A stretch of 63,572 nucleotides of DNA, the filler included, from Folioceros fuciformis (Eukaryota), in NCBI GenBank assembly GCA_049999805.1. It is 3 parts of 2 records of this genome, joined end to end, with 100 filler letters (N's around TTAATTAATTAA, not from the genome) between each part and the next. Parts side by side here need not be neighbours in the genome. Positions count along the whole stretch, not along the records: positions 1 to 30,926 come from JBNGIO010006236.1; 2 more parts are not named here. The stretch is one strand, 5' to 3'. The notes beneath the pieces are model-generated. The model was not told the origin of the DNA, made no database searches, and saw nothing but the letters and a program-made list of their open reading frames with translations. The number at the start of each line of letters is the position of its first letter. Within the stretch, counting starts at the first letter, position 1. The position numbers and the translations under genes were made by a program. Below, in pieces: positions 11,421-24,537 of this stretch.

Positions 11421-11905
11421 TGCTCTTTATTCTTGTTACGCTCCTCCTCTCCCTACATGCATCGGTCATTGTGCACTGCTCCCCATGTCTGCACCTCCTC
11501 CTTTGCCGTGCTCCTCTGCCTCCCTGCATTCATGACCCATTTGACTTGCTCTGCACTTCCTCTTCCGTCCTGCACTTCCTCTCCATCAGCTTCGAAGTCG
11601 GTCGTCTGGCAGAATCGAAGTGGATTTGACTCTGATTCTCATATTAGAGTACACCTTCCCAGATTCGTTGTATGTCCACAACAACGAAACCGGTGACACA
11701 GCACTCCGGATTCGGTGGAAGATTGCATTTCCGATATATTTTTCATAGAAGACTGACATATACTACACTCTGCACAATCGTACTGCGCGCCTCGTTCGAC
11801 ACCGTTGTGCAGATACACCATGTGCTTGAATGTCCAGTCAGTCAGACTGCTCAGAGCTGTTGGTTGCGCCGACCCAGAGAAGATAACCTGTAAATAAGGG
11901 GCATC

Positions 11906-13758
11906 TCAAACTATTTCTGATTCCGGAAGACTTGCAGTCACAGTTCGTGCCAGTCCCCGCTTGTATGCGACAACTGTACGGTGCCGAGGTGAACTTTCAC
12001 CTTGCATGGGATAGGTGAAGCCACTCTGTTCAATAGCAGCTTCTAAGTTAAAAGTTCTGTAGTCGTCGAAGTAAGGCTCCGTTGCTTTGAACTGCAGGCA
12101 TAATAGGTGTATCCTTAGACCAGGACCCCCAGATTCGTCGTCCAAGAAGAATGCAAGAAAGGCTAAGGCGTACCGCAGTGAAGGCGAAGACGTTGTTCAC
12201 CATTGATTGCAACAAAGGAGAATGCGGGTTCATCTCCATTATGGCCAACGCTCCGTCGACTCTCAGCAACCGGTTACTCTCTTCCAAAATCTGGAGTTCA
12301 AGATCCAAACGTAAGTGTCTCGAACCTCACAGACCGATCCTTCACTAAATTGTGCAGGACGTAGGAAACGCAGGCTGGTACCTGCTTGGTAACGTGGCGA
12401 GGAAGCTCGTGGCACACTAGGCACACTGACACCAAGTCAAAGGCACCCGAAGGGAGTCCTGTGTTCTCACCCAACGCATGCACGAATTGAACTGGGGTAG
12501 GTTTGTCCTGCGTGTGTGCAAGGAAGCTTAGCCTCTTGTAATAGAATACGATAAGCGACGATGAGTTAACAGAATATGATTGTATGATTACCGCGAGCCT
12601 TGCCCTCCGCTTCAGTCCATAATTAGCAACAGACAGGAAAAACGGGGAAAGATCTGCTCCGACCACGACTTCTGAATCATGGAACACCTAAAACATGTAG
12701 AACTGGTCACTACTCAGACCAGGTGCAGATAGAGTGCGCCTTCAGATCCAAACGCCAAGAATACGAACGTGGAAATGGTAATTACCTGGTGGAGGCCAAA
12801 TGTACTCAACCCAGTTGCGCAACCTATGTCCACTATGGATCTGGGGGTGAAGTTCAGCATCTCCAGCAACCTCGTATGGTAGCCGTTCCGTAGCTTTATG
12901 TCGCCATCTGGATCCAGCTTCCTCCTCTGCACGAACCCATCCTGGAACCATTACTCAAACATATTCGCTTTCCTGATGGCATCACACACACGACACAAAC
13001 ATCATCCTGGGAATCCCCATGACCATGCTGGTCACCATCATACGGTGGGGACTTGAGGCACGTTACCTCAGGGTCGAACACATTTGCGTGCACACTCTTT
13101 GCAGCCAGCTCCACCTCCAATGCCGCATCCCACGAAAGGTTGCCCTTCTCATAGGCATGGAATGGCTTGAGGTAATACTGTGCGGCATGTTTTCCCCACT
13201 GTCACTCAATCCCAGCAGAGGCCCTGAAAATGCAACTCCACCTGCTGAAACCTACCTCAGGATATTCCAAGCTTGGATTCTCGCAGCCCTTCAGCTCCGC
13301 ATCCCAGTCGTGCAACTGCAAGGTTGCAAGCTCGGGAGCCCAGGGATGCCCGATCTCCGTGCCCCGCTTGATTATCATCTCCCTGGCCCTGCTTGCTGCA
13401 AACTGGAAGAAAGGCTTGTAGGAAAACAGCGCATTCACAGCTCCTGTCACCAAGGTCATGGCTGACAGCTCGGAGCTGGTGGATGCTTGCAAGGAATCCT
13501 CCGTGGGTGCCCTCAATGTGCACCTCACTCCAACACAAGAAACCCCAACATGATGCATCTGCAGTCTTCGGTGACTTGATGAAGACTTCTGAAATGCTCC
13601 TGGATAATCGCCCTGCGAGCCACCACATTGAGTCCTGTATCACAGTGCAGCCAAAATGGAGAAGACGAAGGGAAATTTTACCAGATTGAAATGTTGGAGG
13701 CAGGGCGGAGGCCCCATAGAGCCTTGGTCAAGCAACGCACTGCTGGAAGACTTATCAT
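11906..13758 (-). CDS. Class I SAM-dependent methyltransferase, cyanobacterial-like and probably plastid-targeted (7-8 exons; start uncertain, 13558-13758)
   Basis: DWDAELKGCENPSLEYPE, EVELAAKSVHANVFDPE, SIVDIGCATGLST (SAM motif I), GADLSPFFL, FDLVSVCLVCHELP, ATEPYFDDYRTF. Confidence 0.85.
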
Positions 13759-15291
13759 GAGGAGTGGTTGCTCATCTGTTACACCAGGACGTCAATTTCA
13801 GACAGCGTAAATTTTGTTTCAAGACATTTACTGTTACCGACAGTCACATCGCTCACCTACTATTTCTGTTTTCACTTTTACTTCCTCGGTTCCCTCCTCC
13901 TTCTCAGCAATGCCTGTGCTCTCAACCATGGCCTAACCATCCATCGCTCGGCTGCTTCTGCTCCTTGTGCATGCTTGCCTCCGTCTATGCCACCCGCGCC
14001 CACCACGCCTGGTACGTGCCGCCCGTCGCTCCATACACTTCTCCTATTCAAGCTCTGTAGGGGCACCTACGTCTTGCGGATTTGAGATTGCCTCCTCTTG
14101 TCCGGAAACGGGTTGTGTGTCCTGGGAATGAGGGCGCCGGCTGATCACAGCACGTTCATTTAGATTATCAAGATCCCGGCTGACCGCCCACCCAGCCCAG
14201 TCTGTAGCTTTCCTTCGCATAGTTCTTTGGCACAGAGTCTTGGTGTCTGAAGTTGCGTGGGTTCATCTACTGATCATGCAACCGTTGGCTGGTTGCGCAG
14301 GTTGGATTGCACCTTGAGGTCCCAGATTACTGAGGCTCGTCGCCCGGTAGGGTCCGCAAGTTTGGTTCACGGAATTTCGCGCCCCTGTACTTCATGATAC
14401 CGGATGGACAGTTGTTGGGAGGTTGAATTGACGGCGACAGTTCCTGGCTGAAGTCTCCGCGAGGTTATCTCAAGGTCCGGGAAGATACGCAGGCAACGTA
14501 ATTTTGTAATATCGGTTCTGCGGAAGTGCAGGTGAGCTGGCTGATCCCAACATGAGAGGATGGCTGTAGCTGGTCGATGTCTTGTAGGTAATGTCGATGC
14601 CTGTATGAGGCGATTAGAGTGATGGAGTTTTGCTGCTTGAAGACGGAGTCCTTGGGAGAAGACCTGGTCAATTTGCTCATGGCTGGGCGGAAGCTCATGT
14701 TAGGGCATGCTGAGGTAGTGGACTCCGTTCTTGCGGCCAGCGTACTTCCTTCAGATCATCTGGAAGGTTGGGGCATGCAGGCAGCTCCAGGGCAGTTGTG
14801 TGCAGGTCTCATACGGGCCGCTTGTCTTTAGGTCTATGAAGCTCGTCAAACTCCGACTGCTAGCGTGTGTGTGAAGTTTGTGCTTGTTCCGGGGCCTAAG
14901 TATTTGACCCCTTTCTTGAACAGCTGTTCTAAGTCCTAACTTGTGCGCAGAGTGCACTTGGTGATTTCACTTTTGTAGCAAGATTTCGTCCTTATTTCTG
15001 GAACTTGTTGTTCAGGCAGATCTCCAGCGTGAAGGCCCAGCTTAGAACATCCAAGTATCCAGCAGACGGAGCTATCACTATCTGGATTCTCATGAGATTG
15101 TAGAGGATATGTGATCCCATTATTTTGATTCTGCATTTCCGCAGTTTTCGTCTGCATATGACAGTCTTGGTGAAATTCACACGGACGTACATGACCAATC
15201 TACTGAAGATGTTGAGCGTTTTTCATTTGCGGGAATCTTGGGGAGGAGATTAGTGAAGGAATTTGCCCAGATTATGTGGCTGAGATGAGGG

Positions 15292-17459
15292 ATGTTAGAG
15301 TGGGTGATGAAGATGGTAACAGCGTGTTGGCGGCCTGTAGAGCGGTATGTGCACATCGGCACAGCATCTGCTGAGGCACCTGATACGTTGCTCTGGTTCA
15401 GGGACCTAAGTTCGCATGCTGTAGGAGACTTTTCTATCGCAGTAGTTCAAGCCAACACAGTGCTTGAGGATCAGAGCCAAGTGGAGAGTGGCCCTTATGG
15501 AACATTTGTCGGGGTGTACGATGGTCATGGTGGACCTGAAGCTGCTCGCTATGTCAACGACCATCTGTTTCCCAACATGAAGAGTAAGACTCTCTCTCTC
15601 TCTAGCTCGACCCTCTTTCCTCTCAACCTTGGGAAATGTGCTGTCTCTATTCCTGGAACGCAGTCGGCTCTGTGGAATGTGAAGACTTGAACTTGTCTAT
15701 GCTGGTAGTCGATGGTTGGGTGAGATGATTCAATTATTATCCCAGCAAAGCTATAGAGGTCCTGTCGAGACATCAAAAGGCTCTGTTCGGATGAACTTTT
15801 GGCATTTGTCAGCAGCAACTTGTTCAGTTTGTAGTCACCAGCATGAGAGCCTCGTGTCCAGTCCACACCATAGTTGAGGAGTTAGAAATGTGAGTGAATG
15901 TAAGGGATCAAGGTCAAGTGCAAGTAACTGTGGCCATAGTGCTACCCGTACGTTTCACTTGTAGCTTCCTCTTGGTGTTCCCCACCTACTCTCCCCCTTT
16001 CTTTGATGAGTCTGTAGGTATTATTAGGACGCAATGCGGATGCTGCATTTTTATGTCTCTGTCCCAGGAGTTAAAACAAAAAACATGCACAAGGCTCCAG
16101 CTGGTTATTTGCATGCCCAGGGGTGGTTGTCCAGCTTCTGGGTGACCTCTAGCGATAGCCTGCTAACTACGGTGAATTAGGAAACGCCTCGCAGGTGGCG
16201 TGTGTTTGGCTTTTTGATCAAGGTAGACTTACCTCTACAGCTGTTCACATTCAAATCGACGTTCCTACGTTCTGCTTTTGCTGAACTGGTTTCTGATGTT
16301 GCATCACTATGTTTCCCCAGAGTTTGCTGCCGAATATGGTGGGATCTCAGTAGATGTTTTGAAGAAGGCTTTTGCAGAGACGGAGGAAGGTTTCCTTGGT
16401 GTTGTTTCTCAAGCATGGCTGGCAAAACCACAGATTGCCGCTGTTGGATCCTGTTGCTTGGTGGGAGTAATCTACGAGTCCACTTTGTATCTAGCCAGTC
16501 TAGGAGATTCCCGAGCAGTGCTTGGAAGTTTTGCCCGTGGTAGCAGCTCTGTAGTTGCCCATCAATTGTCCACAGAGCATAATGCAAGTATTGAGACAGT
16601 GCGCGATGAGCTTCAGGCTTTGCATCCTGATGATCCACACATTGTTGTGCTGAAGCATGGAGTATGGCGTGTTAAGGGTATCATTCAGGTATCTGTTCCC
16701 ACACCTTAGTCGCAGTTGATGGCATGTTAGGTAGTAGGCAGTGATGAGTGGGAAGTAAACCCGTTGCTTTCTTGACAGGTCTCAAGATCTATTGGTGATG
16801 CGTATTTGAAACGACCGGAATTCAATAAGGAACCGCTGTTCCCTAGGTTTAGGCTTCCCGATTCTCTGAGGAGGCCTGTTTTGAGCGCTGAACCTTCCAT
16901 CAATGTTCACAAGCTTCGACAGGAAGATCAGTTTTTGATTTTTGCTTCAGATGGGCTCTGGGAGCATCTGAATAACCAAGAGGCTGTGGACATCGTACAC
17001 AGTAACCCGCGGTCGGTGAGTCTCGTTTTCAGCCATAAGCACCTTGTTTTGTGTGGGTGGACCCTGTGTACTGGCATCTCCAGGTGAACACTGCTGATGG
17101 GAGGTGTATGGAATGGGGTGTTCTCGGCATAGTTTCTTATGTATCATCTTTGACAGTTGAGTGACCCGGATTTTCACTGCGGTGATCAGGGAATTGCCAG
17201 GAGATTGGTTAAGGTCGCGCTGCAAAAAGCGGCAAGAAAGCGGGAAATGAGATACACTGATTTGAAGAAAATTGAAAGGGGCATCCGCCGGCATTTCCAC
17301 GATGATATAACCGTTATAGTAGTCTTTCTGGATCATCAACTACTTAGCCAGGGCTCCAAGCTACTTTCCATATCCACGAAAGTGGGGATGGATGATGTTG
17401 GTGAACCAAGTAAGCTCTTGAATCCGACTGATGCTGTACCTCAGCAGCGCGGAAGGTGA
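15292..17459 (+). CDS. PP2C-D: Protein phosphatase 2C, clade D (4 coding exons)
   Basis: [84 protein letters not shown]. Confidence 0.95.
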
Positions 17460-18300
17460 AACCCATGTTAGATGGTAGGAGGGGAGTTTGTTGTACTGAC
17501 GCTCCTTGTTGATGTTACCGCACGAGCACGACAGGGTGCCTGTAGTGTATACTGGTTGCTTAGGCATTGCTTTTGCTGGACGATTCAAACTTGGTTACAC
17601 CCTGCTGTCGTTGTGTTTTAGAAGGTAGCTGGTACGGCTGCACTCAAATCAACTCCTAGGCATGCTGAGAAGATCAGTTTTGAGGAGAATCGCAACAGAT
17701 TCGGCGGCGAGGTAAATCCGGGAGATTCGCAAATTTTTTGTGCCACTTCTGTGTTTTGAATAAAACCTGAGTTCTTCTTTTATAGGGTGAATATACCAGA
17801 CCAGATGTAGTGAAAGATAGATAAGCAGCTATGAGGGCATCTTGTGACAAATGTACATACATACAGTGTTATTCTCCCAGATTTTCCGCAGGATTCCCTT
17901 GTTTTCCTACTAAAACTCCATTTCTGTGGAAGATAAACGGATAATATGGACACGTGATGTCAAAGGTGTGCCTGAAACAGTACAAGGCCGGTTTCGGACG
18001 TTACCCGACAGCCCACATGACACGTATGTATGGACCTTGCCCGTGCCCAACCGCGGCTAACGTACATGTGGCGCTTACGGGTACCGGGTACGCGATACCA
18101 GGCCAAGACTGGCCCTTTTGACGAGTGAGGAACCGAGATCACTGTCTCCCGTTAGCCGCCGACAGGAAAGAGGCCCGCCGCCCTGATGTGACCAGACTGG
18201 AGAGCTCCACGAACGCAGCAGCTGGTAACATTTCACCGCATCCACCGAACTGTGGCGCTTTCTACCTGGCAATCGTCGAAACTGGAACGCTTGCACCACC

Positions 18301-20089
18301 CTACGGGACATCGGTCGTGGGGGGAGGGAGAGCAGGGACGCTTGAGAAAGCGATAAGCTCGGAGATAGGCTCCTGCCATTGACGCGCTGTTCCCATTGTT
18401 TGAGCCTTGGGTGGCAATACATGATAGTGAAGAAGCCGAGCTTCCATCCCGCCCACTACAAGAGGCCACTTCCTGTCTGCTCTCATGTGCAGAGCTTGCG
18501 TGACACCAGCATTACCACTCAAAACATACGCGTCCGTGTCGGAACACTTGGCCTTCAAGAACCTCCCCAACGCCCTCCACGTCTCCAGCAGCCAGTCGCT
18601 CTCGTCAGAACTGCAACACGCAAGCCAAGCTAGAATGAGATTCCAATTCAGAGAGTGAGGGCGAGGACGATTAGGGACATTGCAAAAGCAAACCTGCTGG
18701 CTCCAAGCCGGTTTCCCCAGGGAGGATTCACCACCACCAGAGAAGGAGCGGCACGAGGCTCATAGCTGCGGCAGTCCTTGTTGGTAAGCTCTAGCAGGTG
18801 CCACACTCCGGCAGCCTCTGCGTCCTTGGAGCACAGGGACAAGGCACCTTCATGGATGTCGTTTCCCAGGAGCCTCAGGCCTTTGGGCACGGAAACTTCA
18901 GCCGCCTTGGCAGTGCTCGAGCAGCGCCTCCACGCCTGAGAGTCGAAATCGTGCCAATTCTGGTAGGCATCCACGACCCAAACGCTGGCATGGTTAGCTA
19001 ACAGCTTCCTAGGTGCCTCCACTACGCACTCTTCCAAGCACCGACCACATCCCTCACCTGGAAAGGCCACGCATTGCGGGCGATGCCCGGAGCAGAATTC
19101 ACAGCCATCAAAGCCGCCTCGATGAGCAAGGTCCCGGACCCGCACATGGGATCCACGAGAACCAAATCCTCGTCCCCGTCCCCGCCGAAGCTCTTGTTGG
19201 CCTCACCTCCGAGCCCCGGCAGCCACCTGTTCCACCCGGCAAGCATGAGCATGCCCGCCGCGATCCCCTCGTTCAAGCTGGCCTTGTGCATGGCACTCCG
19301 GTACCCCCGCTTGTGCAGGCTCGCCCCGCTCATGTCCCGGTACAGCACGGCCTGGTCCCGGTACAGGGAGATGAACAAGGGCACATCCGGGGCCTGGGCC
19401 TCGCCAGGGGCCTCGGGCCGGGCTCCCTTGCACGCGTCTCTGCAGGCATCGCAGATTGCATCCTTGGCCCTCACAGAGACCAGCATGGAGTTGTCCAGGC
19501 CCGCGCAGCTCCACACCCGGCTCTGCACCGCGAAGGTCCTAAACTTCCACAAACACTCCACCCTCGACACGCCGATGGGCCTCTTTTTCCACGGCATGTG
19601 GAGCTGCTTCTTGGGCCTTGCCCCCGCGCCATCGCCGAGCCCTGGAGTGGGAGGCCCGTCTGTGACGAGAAGGTCGGCCCAGTCCACCGCCTCCCGCACG
19701 AACTGGTAGACGGGGTCCTGCGATCTTGGGAGCGGGCCAGACGCCAGCTCCATCAGCACCCTAACCCCGCATCGCAGCCACAGGTTCGCCCTGTAGCCCG
19801 TGCTGTGGGAGCCCGTGAAGGCCACCCCGCCCGAGCCCGGCTGCACGCGGGTAGCCCGAATCATGGGGCCCCGGAGCTCGGCCGCCACAACCTCCTCCAG
19901 CCCCGGGCTGCATGTCACGAAGAATTTGTTGACGACGTCCGCAGCGGTGACTGCAGCCCGGGGAGGGGGGGATAAGCAGGGGCCGGGCAGACGCCATGGC
20001 GGCTTTCTGGCAGGTGCTATGCCGGCGCCAGGAGTGTGGAGGCCTGTCCTGAGGCCTCCCAGCGGTAACGAGGGCCATGCTCGCGCCAT
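18301..20089 (-). CDS. THUMP-domain RNA m2G methyltransferase (RlmL/UPF0020-like), probably organellar; 3 exons
   Basis: FFVTCSPGLEEVVAAEL, YRANLWLR, LHKRGYR, DPMCGSGTLLIEAA, VVNPPWG. Confidence 0.9.
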
Positions 20090-20645
20090 GGCGGGAGCAG
20101 GGAGGCAGGCTGCCGGTGGGCACGACGGGCTGCCACCGGTGGTGGGACGGAGTGGGCCTCGGCTGATGTGGAGAGGCAGAAATAGAGCTGGCGATCTGCG
20201 TCGTCGGAAATTCCTGCACGTATCTGCCTGGAGTGTGACGGACGCATGCCCGCCCCCTCACTCCTGCGCATCGTGCTGCTGAATCTCGCAACTTGCCTTG
20301 CCCTTGTCACAAACGGATTTCAGTCTTCTGGAGGACGGGAGGGATTGAAATTCGTCCCGACTGACTGGGTACATGGAGAGTTTATGTAGGCTGGGAGCTT
20401 GAGCGGTCTTGGGTGTCGTCGGGGACGGCGTCTGGGGCGGCTGGGCGGTGAGGATGGTGTGCTTTTCGGGTGCCCTGGAGGTTTCTTGCGCGGGCTCTGT
20501 GGCTGGGGCGCGGGGGAAGGATGGTTGGTCGGTGCGGGGATGTGGNNNNNNNNNNNNNNNNNNNNNNNNNNNNNNNNNNNNNNNNNNNNNNNNNNNNNNN
20601 NNNNNNNNNNNNNNNNNNNNNNNNNNNNNNNNNNNNNNNNNNNNN

Positions 20646-21536
20646 GGAGGTGAGTGTTATGGGGTTGAGGTCGGGACGCGGGGCGTCCAGGCGGAGGGAT
20701 GGCGGTGCCCGCCAGCGTTTGTGTGTTCGAATGAGAAGTGAGCAGGACGAGGAGCCCGAGAAGGAGAAATTTGTCGGTGACAAACAGGTGCAGGATCGTT
20801 TGGTGAAGATGGTGAGGCTGCAGACTGGTAAAATGCGTGTGAGCGAGTTTGTGGATGAGAGATCTAGTTACTTGACGGACATAGCAGAACAGGCCAAGGC
20901 TGAAACGTACAAGATTGCTGCAGACACTATGCGAGGGATGGATGAAGCTGGCTCGAAGGTGCGTACCGAGTCAGTCCTTTTCGTTGAGTCCGTGTGAAGT
21001 ATTCTTCCTCTTCGGGGGATTACTTGGGAAGCAGGGGACCTGAGTCCTGATGCATTTGCAGTTTCAACATGCAGGTATTGAAAAGGGTGGAGGCCGATGC
21101 GCAGGCATTTGAGGATGAATTGGCATCTACGAGGGCAGAGATCGAGGCAAAGGAGAGAGAGTGTGAGGAGTTTGAAAAAAATGTGCAGAACGCACGAAGT
21201 GAGGGGCTGTTTTTCAAAAGCCTGTACAAGCCCATCAAGTCTTGGAAGAAGAGGAGCCCGGAAGAGCGAAGAGCTATAGAAGAACAAGCGGCAGCGATTG
21301 CAGAGTTGAGGAAGATGTCAGCAGGATCCAGATCGAGAAGGTATCTGTACGGGGTGCTCATTTTCCTCCTCACCCTCACGTTGATGGAAACTGTCTCAGC
21401 AGGGGATTTCAATTTTACAAAGTTCTCCATCTATGCCGGAGTGCTGGCATTTCTGCTCCTGCAGTTCTCCTTCGAGAAGTCCCTTGCCTCTGGCAAAGAA
21501 GATCGGGTTCTCACGGAGGAGGAAAAGGATCATTGA
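20646..21536 (+). CDS. Conserved plant coiled-coil protein with two C-terminal TM helices (At3g09050-like); 5' end lies in or before an N gap
   Basis: RVSEFVDERSSYL...MDEAGSK|VLKRVEADAQAFE...RSEGLFFKSL...SAGSRSRRYLYGVLIF...LLLQFSFEK; one intron ~20959-21074. Confidence 0.75.
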
Positions 21537-21756
21537 TGCATTACTTGGATGAATACGTGGATCGCAGCCATGAGATAGAGGGCTTCAAGTCTGCACTCTG
21601 ATAGACTGTGGACGCATGAGGAGTCAGTCCATGATGGAGGGCAGCTTCACTGGATTGTGTACAGGGTCTCCTATTTGTCTCCCACGTCGCAAATAGTTTC
21701 CTCTTAAAATTATTAGCATGTTTGTTGTCTGGCGCCTGAATCTGTTGTAATATACT

Positions 21757-22489
21757 TTACAGGAAAAGCCCGTAGATGGTAACAATGCAGTACATTGTCT
21801 TGTTCTCCCAGCGAATTGTGCGACTGCCTGCACAAGAAACATCGAGTGGCGGTCATTCCGAGTTTATGTCTTAATAAACATCTGCAAAAGGAAAGATGGC
21901 TGTAGACCATCCACAATAGGATCCCAGTAGCACGACGTGGCAGTTATCATTCCTGCTCCATTCTTCTGCATCAGGATGCACGTCACTGCAGTGCAATGCA
22001 AGGAAACCAGATGAGCGTTTCAGGAGCTTGAGCGAAGGGTCCAACATCTGAAGGATCACGTGAGGTTTTGTGTTTGTACCAACATATTTGAATGGTTTGT
22101 CCAGTGAAGCTAGTCTTAGCATTGATATCTCAACAACACGAGCTGCCCAAATGCCAATCTGCAACTTAGGATGAGGGTTAGGTCAACATCCAGCATGCCC
22201 AAGTTAAGCACAACTGGAGTAACATAGCATTCGTCCCACAAGGAATATTGTACAAGGAATAGCACCAGCACCTTTGCATGATTGTAAGGATTGCTGCCAA
22301 TGGCCTCATCTATGGAATCTTTGATGATAATATTTATCTCGTCGGCTACGAAGGTTGCCTGCAACAATTTTACGATGGATCGTATGTATTTCATTGCATT
22401 TCACAGTTTCGTAGCATCGCAGCTTCATAAATTCTTGTAACGCAACTCACATCATCTGCGGACTTGACGGAAGTTCCTCCGTCGGCCAT
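21757..22489 (-). CDS. DYNLT1: Dynein light chain Tctex-1; exons 22451-22489, 22272-22358, 22080-22158, 21908-21985, 21757-21827 (117 aa)
   Basis: Spliced product [46 protein letters not shown]...[57 protein letters not shown]; four GT-AG introns, frame intact. Confidence 0.93.
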
Positions 22490-23021
22490 GAAACAATCTC
22501 TGAATCAGCGATGTAATTGGGAGTCTTCAAGAATTGATATGCAACGTCAACCAGGCTCACAACGCCCTATTCGATGAGCCTACTGGTATATATGGTCCAT
22601 TAGAGAAACTCCATTCTAGTGTGCAAGTGATGGCCCTATCACACTTTCATCCATTTCGAGAGAAGAAGAGGACGTCATGGCAGGCGTGGGTCAGATTAGG
22701 TCTGGAACAACAACAGTGTGCAGAAACAGTTACAAAACAGTCCAAAACGAGAAAGGGGAAGTTAGACTGAATTGAATGCAATTGCCTGAAGAAAACACCT
22801 TGAACATGAAACGTTTGTTGATAAAAACATAGAGCCTGAACTGTACCGCCATCAGCAATGTGTTCTCATCACAGTGATGACACTGGTGTGCAAACTGAAT
22901 TGCGGGCGTGGCATCCTATCCTACACGGCAACGGCAAGCCCAAATCTGTGTTGCGCTAACACTTTATTCACTAAGCAAGGAGGCTTCTCTACCTCCATCT
23001 CAGCAGGCTACTTTCCATAAG

Positions 23022-23450
23022 TCACTGGCCCAGAGCAAAGGCTTCCACGTTGAACGTCTTGGTGACGCCTGCGAAAGCCCTGAAGTGAATCTTATCAGTC
23101 GGGGGTTCGTCCACGAAGATATCCACAACAGACACCCAGAGGAGAAACTCCTTCGCCTTCACTCCAGTCAATTTCTTCAGGCGCCCCTTCTCCACGAAGG
23201 CCTGCACTTCGGTGCCGTAGCTCACAAGCTTTCCGGCAAGCTTGAACTGGTGAGTGCTAGGCGCCTTCTGCTTGATCCACACGAATCCCGTTTCTGGAAT
23301 GTAGCCGCTCTCCACCACATCCTTCAATGGGAGGAGCCCGCCTGGCAGGCCGAAGGATTGAATCAGATCCACAGCCTTGGTCAGAGCCTCCGGCCCGGTG
23401 GTCACTTCCGCTTTAGCCACGTCCCGGCCACCGTCGGCCATGCCAACCAT
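23022..23450 (-). CDS. DUF538 family protein, single exon
   Basis: FGLPGGLLPL..GFVWIKQK...LVSYGTEV...LKKLTGVKAKEFLLWV. Confidence 0.92.
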   Translation of the reverse strand: MVGMADGGRDVAKAEVTTGPEALTKAVDLIQSFGLPGGLLPLKDVVESGYIPETGFVWIKQKAPSTHQFKLAGKLVSYGTEVQAFVEKGRLKKLTGVKAKEFLLWVSVVDIFVDEPPTDKIHFRAFAGVTKTFNVEAFALGQ

Positions 23451-24312
23451 CGAGCGGAAAGGAACACAGATTCAGATGGAAAGATCGACGCCGCAGGCAA
23501 CAACTTCAAGCCACAGGCAGAACCAATTGGCTCTCTGGAAGCGTCTGCTGCAGATGCTGGCGGCCAGTAAGAACACGGCGAATTGCAATTCGATGCAAGA
23601 AAGGCAGGTGCGAGTTGTGTCTGACCAGCCACAACCAGAGGTAGATGCAAGGGAAGCTTTGAGGGGGGAGCGAAGGGTTCTGCCGGGCCACCGGGTTTTG
23701 CCAAGGCGTGCAAAGGACATGAACCTGCCACCACCTACCTAACCAAGCATGTACAGAGCCTATGTCGTTGCGCTGGCATTGAATCACTGGCTTTGCGCCA
23801 TCTATTCCTCAAAGTTTCATTATTGTAGCCACCCACGAGACGTTGGAGTCACATTGATTTATGCTGAGCCTCTTCGTTTGGTTGTGACCCCTAGACGTGA
23901 CGGAAGGACTACTCACAATGTGCAGTAACGCAAAAAGAGCGAGTGTATGTACAGAGCGAACCACCCCGTGCTACCCCACCTCGGAGGCCTTCCATCTTGC
24001 AAGTTTCCGTTTAAGGTGGTGATTGATCTCACCGTCCTCACATGTTGCGCGGTCATGCACTCTCTTTTTCATCTTTTTTTTGGTCAGGATTCCCCATGCA
24101 CGGAGCTCGAGGTCGTCAGTCCTAGTGGATTCTTCCACTGTCGACCGGTTTGAGCTTTACCTTCGCTCCATCTAATAGAGACCGTCATAACTTTATGTTT
24201 ATCGAGCTGTGGCCCCCTCCAAAGTGGGTCATCGCTTTTTACAGGCCCTCGGACCCTAGACTCGGTTCCTATAACATTTGTCTAACACCCTCCCACACCG
24301 TGGTACATATAA

Positions 24313-24537
24313 TATTTGTCTATCATCTTCCCACACATATGCGCTTAACCGTAAAAGTCAGATTTGTCTATCATCTTCCCACACATATGCGCTTAGCCGT
24401 AAAAGTCAGGTGGCAAGGTGCGTAAAAGTCAGGTGGCAAGATGCATAAAAGTCAGGTGGCAAGGTGCATAAAAGTCAGGTGGCAAGGTGTGTAAAAGTCA
24501 GGTGGCAAGGTGTGTAAAAGTCAGGTGGCAAGGTGCG
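24313..24537. repeat. Tandem repeats: about 49-bp unit x2 followed by 23-bp unit x6
   Basis: atttgtctatcatcttcccacacatatgcgctta... twice, then cgtaaaagtcaggtggcaaggtg six times. Confidence 0.9.

Noticed and set aside
13900-15290. Short ORFs upstream of PP2C-D
   Set aside because: Most simply a long intron-containing 5' leader; no conserved peptide recognised
19013-19975. 320-aa plus-strand ORF, and similar antisense ORFs over NUP43, DUF538 and XTH
   Set aside because: Antisense shadows of GC-rich coding exons
24398-24537. 23-bp repeat array (and the 19-bp array at 51611) as CRISPR
   Set aside because: Head-to-tail minisatellites without spacers
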